IMG/VR virus record: IMGVR_UViG_3300042305_001773
Span: 62,001 to 126,000 of that record
Strand: one strand, 5' to 3'
Length of the DNA: 64,000 nt
The translations under genes were made by a program, and so were the position numbers. Of this stretch, positions 9,599 through 20,800 are shown in pieces. A model generated the notes under the pieces. The model made no database searches, was not told the DNA's origin, and worked only from the letters and a program-made list of their open reading frames with translations. Each line of letters begins with the position of its first letter. Within the stretch, counting starts at the first letter, position 1.

Positions 9599-11872
9599 CT
9601 ACACAATGGTTGGGACGCGCCCGGCAGTAGTGCGCAAATAATTGAGATTGAAGAAATCTGGTCGAACCTTGATGGCGCGATACCACACGTTTGGTAGTTG
9701 CATTTCAAATACAACACCCTGATTCACGCCAGTCGTCGAAAAGTTAAATTCTACGGTATTTGGGTTGTCCGCGTTTAAAAGCAACGTGCCTGAATACGTT
9801 GTGTCATTTGCTTTCAAAAACGTATACGACCCGCAGCAGGGCGTGTTGCCGTACGGCGATGCGCCGTGCGCCCGAACAATCGCCAGAGAATTCGCAAGAT
9901 CTATTTCGTATACGACGCCGCGGTGCGGGCGACTAGAGCACGTCTGATTGTCTGAAATAGAGACGATATCGTTGCCGGGTGTCAGCGGCGTAAAATCTAC
10001 GTGCCAGCGTGCGTCGTGTTGCGCGTCAGTGCCGTTGTATTGACTACCAGATACCGTAGGCTCACCTTGCGGCGTTAACCATTTAGTATTCTGCGTCATA
10101 TTTTGTTTGATAACAGGCGCAAGCGGGCCGGCGTGACAGTAACCAGTACCAGAGATAATCCAAATGATATCTTTTGTCTCGTAGTCAATAGCGAACACTG
10201 CGCCGTTGTGCCGGCAGCTGACCACGATATTGCCGGTTACAGGATTGACGTCGACAGAATTCAGGTGGAAGTAGTCTGAATACGTGGTGTTGAAGTAATC
10301 GTCACTCCACCATTCCCATACGATCTGGCCCTGTGGGTTTTGTTCTTGGATATAAAAGCCGGTGGCGTCATATGACTCGCACAAGATGTTGCCCTTGCGC
10401 GCTCCGGGCCCCTTTACGGCGTGGGATTCGTGAATTTCCCATGTGTGAAAACCGCCGCGCGTGTCGGGGTTAATCATCGTATAGGGCTTGGCCGTTAAAT
10501 CGTTCAAACCGATATTGATGTCCCAGCGCGGCGCGGTGTTTGTAGTGCCGTTGGTCATTAGTTTGTTTTTGTCCCACCCGGCGTGCAAACTGACAACTTC
10601 TGCCAGTGAACTGTCGTTGTATGTATACCAAACAGGCACGGCGTTTGAATTGTAAACTGCCATATACGCGCCAACGGGCGCCGCAATGTAGTAGCCCGGA
10701 ACATACGCGTTTGTTTTTGTAGAGATGACGGGTAACGCCGGAAAGTCGCTCGGGAGAATGCGTACGAAATAACTCTGCGCGCCAATTTTGATGCGCAGCG
10801 CTTTATTGACCGTCGCTGTACCTGTGACCGCGGTGCCGCCATTGATGGTGACAGAATAATTGCGCGCAGATGAGCTGTAGAAATCTGTACCCGACCAGAC
10901 AACGTAATCCTGAATTGCCGGATTGAAAGCCGGCTCCATGTCGTTGCCGTCCACAGTAACCGCGAGGCTCGTTACTGTGGCGTTCGACGGAATCTCGACG
11001 AACATGTCCGAGAACAGAGGCTCCTCAGAGATCAATTCCGTAGAAAGAACAGTCGCAGCCCACTGCACCTGATGCGCTGTTGGACCAGTGACCGTGATTG
11101 CAAGCGCTTTGTTTACGCCGTCGGCAGTGACTTCAACGCCAGAGTCTTCCGGCCAGTCCGCGGCAACTACCTCGGCCACGGGAACACCGGACAGACTGAT
11201 ATTGTTAGCATAATCCCTGTAAATGCTGCCGCGGATCGTCCACGCCGCGGAAGTCGTAGCGGACAGGTCGTACGCGGATACTTTGACTTCAAACGCCCAT
11301 GCGGCTCCGGGCGCCAGCGTCAAATATCCAGCCGTACCGTTAATGTACATGCGGGTTGGCGTGTCGTTTTCGGTCGTTGCACGCAGCGTGTACACCGAAA
11401 ATTGTGCGTCACCCGGCGCAAAGAAACTGCCCGCCGACAAAGCCAGTTGAGATTCTTTGGCAGCCACCGCGTGCTTGCCCGCGGCAATGCTATTTAAACC
11501 GCCGGCTGTGTTGTTCGCACCGCCCAGCACAACAGAATTGACGCCGCTAGCTGTGTTGTCTTGTCCGCCCACAACCGCTGACTTCGCGCCAGACGCCGTA
11601 TTATTGCCGCCGCCTAGCGTGGCGGCATTTAGGGCGCTAACGGTGTTGTTCGCGCCGCCACCGGCAAAACCGTCTGTGCCGGTGACCTCGTTATTGGTGC
11701 CGGGGAGTTCGGCGCCGGTCGCGGAGTAGGCCAGTTGGTTCCACGGAGTGATACCGTCGCCATACTTGATCTTGCCCGTGTCGATCTCAAGACACGGTTC
11801 GCCCGCCGCAAGAACTTCGTTTTGATCAGCAAGATAACTTGCCGTTCCTCTTTTAATTCTTATTTCTATCAT
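9599..11872 (-). CDS. Fibre-like protein with C-terminal arylsulfotransferase (ASST)-like propeller
   Basis: IRIKRGT..GEPCLEIDTGKIKYGDG N-terminal module; GGxNNTA adhesin stalk repeats; cadherin-like segment; IHESH, FHLNSV, SCRH, QHDARW motifs. Confidence 0.8.
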   Translation of the reverse strand: MIEIRIKRGTASYLADQNEVLAAGEPCLEIDTGKIKYGDGITPWNQLAYSATGAELPGTNNEVTGTDGFAGGGANNTVSALNAATLGGGNNTASGAKSAVVGGQDNTASGVNSVVLGGANNTAGGLNSIAAGKHAVAAKESQLALSAGSFFAPGDAQFSVYTLRATTENDTPTRMYINGTAGYLTLAPGAAWAFEVKVSAYDLSATTSAAWTIRGSIYRDYANNISLSGVPVAEVVAADWPEDSGVEVTADGVNKALAITVTGPTAHQVQWAATVLSTELISEEPLFSDMFVEIPSNATVTSLAVTVDGNDMEPAFNPAIQDYVVWSGTDFYSSSARNYSVTINGGTAVTGTATVNKALRIKIGAQSYFVRILPSDFPALPVISTKTNAYVPGYYIAAPVGAYMAVYNSNAVPVWYTYNDSSLAEVVSLHAGWDKNKLMTNGTTNTAPRWDINIGLNDLTAKPYTMINPDTRGGFHTWEIHESHAVKGPGARKGNILCESYDATGFYIQEQNPQGQIVWEWWSDDYFNTTYSDYFHLNSVDVNPVTGNIVVSCRHNGAVFAIDYETKDIIWIISGTGYCHAGPLAPVIKQNMTQNTKWLTPQGEPTVSGSQYNGTDAQHDARWHVDFTPLTPGNDIVSISDNQTCSSRPHRGVVYEIDLANSLAIVRAHGASPYGNTPCCGSYTFLKANDTTYSGTLLLNADNPNTVEFNFSTTGVNQGVVFEMQLPNVWYRAIKVRPDFFNLNYLRTTAGRVPTIV

Positions 11873-11878
11873 GTTTTA

Positions 11879-14800
11879 TTACGTGTTAAAGGGTGCTGTC
11901 GGGGGTGTGAAGTTGCCGGTGTAAAGTGCCGCGCCCTTCGTGATGCGCAGTTCATCAATGTAGCCGTTAAACCCGTACTGGGCCGTGTGCGCGTAACCGC
12001 CGATCGTCGGCAAGTATGTGAGATTGTTGAAATCAAAAGCGCTATTTACCGGGTCCCCGCCAACACCGTCCAGATACAACCGCATGACGCCGTTGTGCCG
12101 ACACAGCGCAAAGTGCTGCCAAGTATTATTCGACACGGCCGGTCCCCACACATATGTGCCGGGATTTGCTGAGCCGTGATCGAGAAACAGATTGCCTTCA
12201 GAGATTTGCAATGCCAGATAGTTAAAACCGCTTTCGACTTGGCTGTAAATTGTGGTGCCCGGGTCTGGAGCAGTAGGATAAATCCAACCCTCGATTGTAA
12301 AATCTCCCGTACCATACGCGAACATCTCAGGATCTGTCGGTGTCACTTGAACGTTGTCGCCGTAACCCGTGAAATCGCCGCTTGCTCCGTCAAACTTGCT
12401 TTCCGTCGTGCTGATGGCTGCGTTGCCGTTTGACGTTACCGCGTGCGTGTTCGCGCTGCTGTCGGTGAACGTAGTACTACCGTTCGCGCCGTCCATGTGA
12501 AGAAGCAGCACTGTGTTGAATGGCGGCGGCGGCAAGCAGCGATTGATCAAACCACGCTCTAACGCAATCAGCGCGGCTTCGCCCAGCGCGTGGTCAAAGA
12601 TAACTATTTCCGCGATATCGCCGATCAGCGATTCGTTTGCCGCGAGCGAACCGCCGTGACCAATAAACAGGTCTCCGCCCTGTTTAGCTGCCATGTCCGC
12701 ATACAGCGTCGTAGAAACTTCTTCGCCGTTGACCCGGAGTTTCAGCAGTCCGTCAGCGTTAACGGTGTAGCTCAACAGCGTCCAGTCTAGCGGAAGTGTT
12801 GTCGGATACGCGCCGCACTCGTCATTGCCGTAATTACCGGTGCAAGAGGCGTTGTAGAACGTCAACCGATCGGACGGAGCATTGACGTTGATCGTAGCGC
12901 CGTCGAGCGAGTTGTAATCTAGTCCGCTGTCAGGCTGAAAACTCAAAATTCGCGCGTAGGCGTGGTCGTTGTTGGCTTGCTTGAACACCATAAACCCGCT
13001 GGAGTTCTTCAAGTTAAATTGATAACCCACGTCCAGCACGTTCGGGTCGCCGCTGAAGCGCACGACGTCCTGTCCGTTTGGCCCCTCGCCGACCGCCACA
13101 AACGGAGCCGGCGCATAGTCAGCCGGAGTCGCCGTACGGCCGTTTCCGCTCTTGTCAGCCCACGTAACAATCGTGCCGTTAACCTCGCCAATATCGCCCG
13201 TCGAGTCGAGCCACAGATCGCAGCCGGTGACGTCGGTCGGTGTGACGTCGGCTGTTGCGCGGAAAGGAGCAGTCGGCGGGGTGAAGTTGCTTGTGTAGAC
13301 AGCTGTGCTTTTAATGACACGCAGTTCGTCGATATAGCCATTCAACACCGCTGTGGACGGCGAATATCCACCGATGAGTGGCCTGTTAGTTGGGTTTACC
13401 TGATAATTGGTGCTGTCTATAAAGTCACTGCCGCTTTGAACGCCGTCAATAAACAATTTTGTGATACCGCCGCTTCTACAAACGGCGAGGTGATGCCACT
13501 GATTCGCCGTAATATTTGCAGACGCAGAAATGCGATCAGCCGCATTAACGTACCAACGGACATTCCCGTCAGAAATGTACCACGCGGGCGAATTGTTTTC
13601 ATCATAATTTCGCCATTCCATGATGTGCTGAGGTCCGGCCGTGCTATTCAAAAACACCCAGACCTCGACGGTAAAGTCGTCGGACCCAAACGCAAAATCA
13701 TTTGAACTTGCAACCACCAAAGTGCCGGCGCCGGCTAGTGCGAGACTCGCGCCGCCGAACTTGCTCTGTGCGGTGCTGATTTGAGCATTGCCGTTAGCGG
13801 TCACCGTCAACGCATTAGTAGACGAATCCGTAAACGTCGTACTTCCATCAGCTCCGTCAAAATGGAGGAGCAGGTCAGCGGTCGGGCCGGGAACAAACGG
13901 ATTCGGGAACGGAACCGTGGGCGGCGTGAAGTTTGCTGTATAGCGGGCGACGCCCTTTGTAATGCGGAGGTCGTCGATGTAGCAATCGGTTTCCGCAAGC
14001 TGATAGTTGATGGTAGACGCACCAATACTAATACGCGATGCTCCTGTTGGTATCACCGCAGATGTCGTCGTACCTTGCGAGACGCCATCTATGTAAAAAG
14101 TGCGCGTGCTACCGATCTTGGTAATTGCATAGTGATTCCAATAACCAAGAGCCGGGAATGTCACGCTGAACGGCGACGATGAACCGAAATAGTTCCAGTC
14201 AAGGGTTGAATTATTATTGATCAGCCCCCAAGTTTCCCCAGAGTTGTTTTCAAAACAAACGTAGCGATCATTTGGCTCCGTAGAGGTAAATCTCATCCAC
14301 CACTCAACTGTGTAGTCCGCGCTCTCTAGGTCAAAGTCGCCGTCTACCGTCAGGCAGTCGTCCGATTGCAGCAAAACGCTCGCCCCGCCGAACTTGCTCT
14401 GCGCTGTGCTGATGGCAGCGTTGCCGTAGTCGGTCACGGTATTCTGCAGGTACGAGTTGTCTGTAAATACAGCGCTGCCGTTTGCGCCGTCCATATGAAG
14501 CAGCAGCGTGACATTCTCGGCGTAAGGGTCGCCCGTTGGTTGCGTAGCCGGCGGGATGACCGGATCAGGAAGCGCCTTGGTCGGCGGATTGAACTCGGCG
14601 ATGTAACGCGCCACACCCTTCGTAATCCTGAAGTCGTCGATCAGGCCGTCGAGGTAGTAGTCGTCTTCGTTCGTCCAGCGCCGGCCAATCACGGCGGTTG
14701 TCTGCGTGCCGCCGTCCAGATTGATATTTGTATTCGCGGTCGCAACTTCGGCGCCGTTGATGTACATCTTCAGAACGCCGTCGAGCCGCACGAACGCGTA

Positions 14801-17800
14801 GTGCGCCCACGTGTTGTAGTACTCGGCGATGTTGGCCGACACGAATGTGAAATTATCCATGTCGTAGCAGAAGCCAAACATGTTCGTGTCGTCGCTGAAA
14901 CCGATCAGGTACGTGCCGGCTTCCTCTGCTGTCGACGCCGTGGAGAACACTGCAGAGTACTGAACATAACTCAGCTTGCCCCAGAACTCGACGGTAAAGT
15001 CGCCGTCGTCAAAGGCGAACTCGGGTGACATCGCGATCTCGCAGTGTCCGCCCGCAAACTCGCCGCTTGCGTTGCCGTACTTGATATCTTCAAGATTCAG
15101 GTAGGCGCTGCCCGTCGCCGCGACCTCGTGGTTGTGCTTGGACGTGTCGATGAACGTCGTGATCGGCCCAGTTCCGCCACCACCGCCGCCTGCGGCATCT
15201 GGAAAGGCCGCCGTGGGGGGCGTAAAGTTATCAGTGTAGCGCGCGACACCCTTGGTAACCCGCAGTTCGTCGATATAGCCGTCGAAGTTGTACGACGGGC
15301 TGTGGCCGTAACTCCCGACCTGCGGCGTGAACGTAGTGTTGGCGAAATCAAAAGTGCATGCCGCCGGCACGCCACCAACGCCGTCAACGTAAACAGTGGC
15401 CATCCCCTCCTTGCGGCATACCGCAATATGGTGCCACGTGTCGGCCGTTATCGAGCCGCCGTAGACATACGCGCCGGGATTTGAGTAGTTAAAAATAAAC
15501 TGGACTAGTCCGTTTTCGGTTCCAAGAACGCAATAATTGTTGCCCGATGTTGATTGGCCATAGATAACGTGCCAACTGCTTAAATCCGCGCTATTGACCC
15601 AGCACTCGATGGTGAAATCCTCTGTGCCGTAGGCGAAGTTCGCAGATGCGGGGGCGGTCAAGAACGAATTAGAACCGCCGTTAAAGTACCCGCTCGCGCT
15701 GCCGAACTTGATCTCCCCGGTAGAAACAACCGCGTCCCCGGTGGCGACGACGGCCAATGCGTTCGGCGACGAATCGACAAAGGTCGTGCCGTTATTCTCG
15801 CCGTCCATGTGGAGCAGCATCGAAACGTTGTTGAAGTACGGATCGACTCCGGGCGGAGGAACGAGCGTGATCGTGGGGTTTAAGAACGGCGCCGCTGGCG
15901 GATTGAAGTTTTCCGTGTACAGCGCTGTGCCTTTTATGATGCGGAGTTCGTCGATGTGGCCTTTGGAAAAACTTGCAGCGGAAGCTAAGTTCGCATCCGC
16001 TCCGATGTATGTTGGGCCGGGGTTGGTAAGCAAACTACCCGCGTATGTAAATGACAAAACTTGAAGGCCGTCGATAAAAAGACGGAAATTATCTCCAGCT
16101 CGGGTCGCCGCCACATGGTGCCACTGCGCCGGCGCGTATGTTCCTGCCAAGGTAGTGTCCAGCCAACCAGCCCCGGTACTACACAACAGCCTGAACGCGC
16201 TCACACCAGCATACGCACTAATACGCACTTGTGCTGCAGCGGCGCTTTCGCCGACCGTGATCAAAGTATGCGAACCGTCGCCGACGCCACTGCTGTCGCT
16301 CTCTGGTCGCCACCACGTTTCCACAGTCCAGTCACCGCTGCTTAAGTCTATTGCCGCAGTTGGCGCTATCGTGAGTGCAGACGCGGCGTCAAAGTATGCG
16401 CTCGCCCCGCCGAACCTGCTCTGCGCCGTGGATATGGCCGCGTTGCCGGCGCGAGTCACGGCCAACTGATTTTTGCCGCTGTCCGTAAACGTCGTGCTGC
16501 CGTTTGCGCCGTCAAAGTGCAGTAGAAGATCCGGGGCGGGCGTAGACGTTGTCGCAAAGGGCTCCGTCGGCGGCGTGAAGTTAGCTGTATAAACGGCCGC
16601 TCCTTTGACGATACGGACGTCGTCGATATAGCCTTCTACGGTGTATGGTGCTTGTGACGTTCCAATAGTTAACATGTCTGTGGGGTTTAGTACGTACGAA
16701 ACAGAATTGGGCGCGCTGGCGATTTCCGCTCCGTCCGCGAAAAACCGCAGCGTTCCGCTGTGGCGGGCTACTGCTACGTGCACCCACTGCTCAACCGGGC
16801 AGACCCAGCCGCTGCTAGAAAGATCCCAGCCGGTGCAGCCGACACCCATACGAACCTCTGTGGCGCAATTCACGCTCCACGTGCCACATTGTGTTGCGCC
16901 GCCAAATATAGAGGTGTCGCTGGTGTTGGAAAGACGCATCCACCACTCTGCAGTGAAGTCGCCGGTTCCGAAATCAAGCGCAGAAGAATAAGGTATTGAA
17001 AGATATCCACCCCCGCTGCGCGACATAAACAACGACGAGCCGCCAAACTTGCTTTGTGCCGTGGATATGGCGGCGTCACCGTTCGCCGTCACAGTCAGCC
17101 CGTTCTTGCCGCTGTCCGTGAACGTCGTGCTGCCATTTGCGCCATCAAAGTGGAGCAGCAGCGCGGGACCGGCTGGCGGGTTCGGGAACGGCAGGGTGGG
17201 CGGCATGAAGTTGGCGGTGTAGAGGGCCGCGCCCTTCGTGATGCGGAGTTCGTCGATGTAGCCGTTAAAAGTCCTGTAGTTCTCGCCATCCGCCCCTATT
17301 CTGAGATCAGAACTCACCAACGCCGGCCGTGCGCTGTCGTTCACTGTGCCGATTAGTGTGCCATTGGAGAAGGCGTACCAATCGTCGCCGGAACGGCAGA
17401 GAGCCAAATGATACCAGTCCCCAGCAACGGGACTCCACTGACCAAAAACTATATCTCCAGCCGAGCCCAGATGAAAGCCAAGAGCGCTGCCCGGAATCAC
17501 TGGTGCGTTCCAATACAAACCCCATTTCGGGTTGCCCCCGCCGCCGCCAGACTGACCACATATGCTGGTAGGCTGTTCGGTATCTGTAAAATTCAACCAC
17601 ATTTCTATAGTGAAGTCACCGGCGTTCACAAAGTCCCACAAGGAGGAGTCCGGGATAGACAACCAAGAGCCACTGCCGTTGAAATACCCGCTCGACCCGC
17701 CAAACTTGCTCTCTGTTGTAGAAAGCGTCGCGCCATTCGCTGTAACAGTCAGCCCGTTCTCGCCGCTGTCTACGAACGAAGCGCCGTCGAAATGCAGAAG

Positions 17801-20800
17801 CAGCGCCGTCTCAACCGTCGGCATCGTGACGACCTTGGTGTAGCCGAGCGGAAACGAGGCTGTGGGCGGCGTGAAGGCAGCCGTATAACGCGCAAGTCCC
17901 TGCGTGATGCGCAGTTCGTCGATATAAAATTCTTGCGGACCAAAATCAGCGGCCTGTTGACCCACTTGTACTGTGGCGTATTTGGGCAAGTTAAAAGCCG
18001 TGCCCGAATACACCTGCACGCCGTTTACATACATCTTAAATTCGTTTGCGTCTGCGTTGTTGACCCACGCAAGATGCGCCCAAGAACCATATGTATATGG
18101 CGTCGGCGTACTCGGAAACGAATCTGCGGACGGCGTATTTCCCGCGCCCAGCGCTCGCATATAAATAGAATTATCTGCGACTGCGACGTCCATAATCCAG
18201 CGATTTGGAAAATTTTGAGAACCAGCGCCGAGAACTTGTTGGTTATTTACAACGCTCGGGCCGGCGCTTAAAAACCAGCACTCTACAGTCCAACTGCCGC
18301 TAGAGAGATCTACGCCCGGGAAACCGTCAAGATAGTCTGTGTCCGTGTCGGGGCATTTGAGGCTTGCGCCGCCGAACTTACTCTGCGCAGTACTGATTTG
18401 AACCGTTCCTTCAGCCGTAGCCGATCCAGCTAGAGGAGAAGAGTCAACAATATTGGTGCTACCGTTTGCGCCGTCCATTTTGAGGAGCAGCGAGACCTTG
18501 TCGAAGTCGGGGTCGAGGAGCGACTGGCCGGCTTGATTGGGAAACTCTGCTGTGGGCGGCGTGAAGTTGGCCGTGTAGCGCGCGACTCCCTTCGTGATGC
18601 GCAGGTCGTCGATGTACATTTCGGATGTGAAACCGATGTTGTTGGGTTGCATGGCCCCGATCAGCAATCGGTACGGGCCAGCCAAGGGCGCGATGGCGGA
18701 AGAGCCGACGCTCGTGCCGTCCACATAAATCGTGACGGTGCCGTTCGCTCTTGCCGCCGCGATATGAACCCACTGCTCTCGCGGAACCACGCCGCCTATG
18801 GCGCATTGCTGTGTCCCTTCGTCCCACCTCAAGGCGTCGTCAGATCCGATCCATAAATGCAATCCGTAAGGAACATTAATGGTATTAGAAAGATTCAAGA
18901 CCGTAGCGTCGCCAACGGATGACGGACGCCAAACCCACGCTTCAAGCGTCCAATCCCCTTCGGACATGTCCTCGAAGTCCGAAAAATCTCCACTATCCAG
19001 ATAGCCGTTGCCCAAAGACAACGAAGAGCCGCCGAACTTGCTCTGTGCGGTTGAAATAGCAGCACTACCGTTTGCGGTTACAGTCACCGCGTTCGCGCTG
19101 CTGTCGGTGAACGTAGTACTACCGTTCGCGCCGTCCATGTGAAGAAGCAGCGACACGTCGTTGAAATACGGGTCACCGTTACCGCCATCAGTGCCGACCC
19201 CTGCGTTCGCGGGTTTGTCCATATGGAGCAAGAGTGAAACGTTGTCGCCGTATACGTCAGCCGTGAAGTCTTCCTTGCCGAGTTCGTAGTTGTAGAGCAT
19301 CTGGACGTCCTGCAACGACAAGACGCGATCCCAGATACCAAGCTGATCTACCACACACGCGAGGTCGTTCTGCGTCGCCGTCTGGTCGCCAATACCGACG
19401 CGCAGCGGAATGTTTCCCGCACTGAACGACCCGAGCGTGGCGACCTGCGCGGCCTGTGAACCGTTGAGATACAACGTAAGCGTGTTGGCGGTGGCGCTGT
19501 ATACCAGCACAACGTGATGCCAGAGGTTGGCTTCTAGATCCGGCACGACAACGGTGTAAATATCGTCGTCTGTGGCAATACGACCAAACACGGCGTTGGT
19601 GTCAGACCCGTCGTCGCCGAAGCCAAGTTCGACCTGCCCAGAAGCGTTGCCGGCTGCCCAGTTCTGCACGAGCACAGACCGGCCCCCAGCCATGGACGCT
19701 GCTTTAAACCACGCCGAGATAGCGAACGAACCGTCGAGCGCAAAATCGCTGGGCGCCTGTAGGTAGTTGTTTCCGCCAGTAAACTCCGCGGCGTTTTCAA
19801 TGACACCCGAGTCAAAACCAACGGTGCCGGTCGGGGTCAGCGGTACTTCGGCGGCGGTGATATCTAAACGAGCGCCGGTTTCTTCGTTCAACGGCCAGAA
19901 CGCTTTCATGCCCTCACACAGCGGATGCACAGCGCTTACAACAGACCAGCGCTCCATCATGTAATTTTCCGCGTCCAACAAATCGGCCGCGGACAAGACG
20001 CTGTCGTACAAGACAATCTCTGCAATGTCGCCGCTGTAGTTGTCATCGGCAAAGTCGCTGCGCGAGCCGCCGAGCGAAAGGTGCGTCATCGGCGGGACGG
20101 TAAACCCCTCGACTGACACCGTGTTTAAACCATTTAACCGCGTAGACAAACCGGCCAGACTAAACTGCAATGTGTAGACAACCGGTACAAGATTATCGAC
20201 TGCCTGTGTTGCGCTATATTCACCGTCAAAAAATACGCCAAACTCTCCGCCTGTTTCTGTACCGCACAACACAAGCTCTGTGTTGTTGTTAGCCGTATAT
20301 GCCGCAATAACTTTACCGTCGGCACTCGCGCCCCGTCGGCGTAGAGCAACGAGCAGTGTAAACTCCTCGGGCAGGTCCAGCTTGCCGATCATCGCGTCGT
20401 TCTCACCGTCGAACGTCACGACATCTTGATTTGCAAGTTGATTGGCAACAGTCGGTCGGTTTGCTTTATTCGACTGCACGAACTTTGCGTCAGAGTCGGA
20501 AGCGTCCTCCCACAGCGACACGCGGTTGGCAACGCGATGCACGTAGTCAACATTGTCGGCGTCAAGCCACAGTTTCAGGCCGGGTAACGTAGGCGGACTG
20601 AACGTACCGGGTACGGCCGGAACAGCGCCGGCAGTGAACTCACCGCCGTCAACAACTTCCAGCGCGGGATTCGAATATGGTAGGTCGCGCCACGGAGTTA
20701 CACCGTTGCCGTACTTCACCTTATTTGTGTCAATCTCAAGACCCGGCTCGCCGCGGAGCAGAACGGGGTTGAGAGCGTACAGAGCCGCAGCAGTACCGCG

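Noticed and set aside
12449-19151. Diversity-generating retroelement TR/VR pair
   Set aside because: The repeat is exact, with no adenine-specific mismatches, and no reverse transcriptase is in the window.
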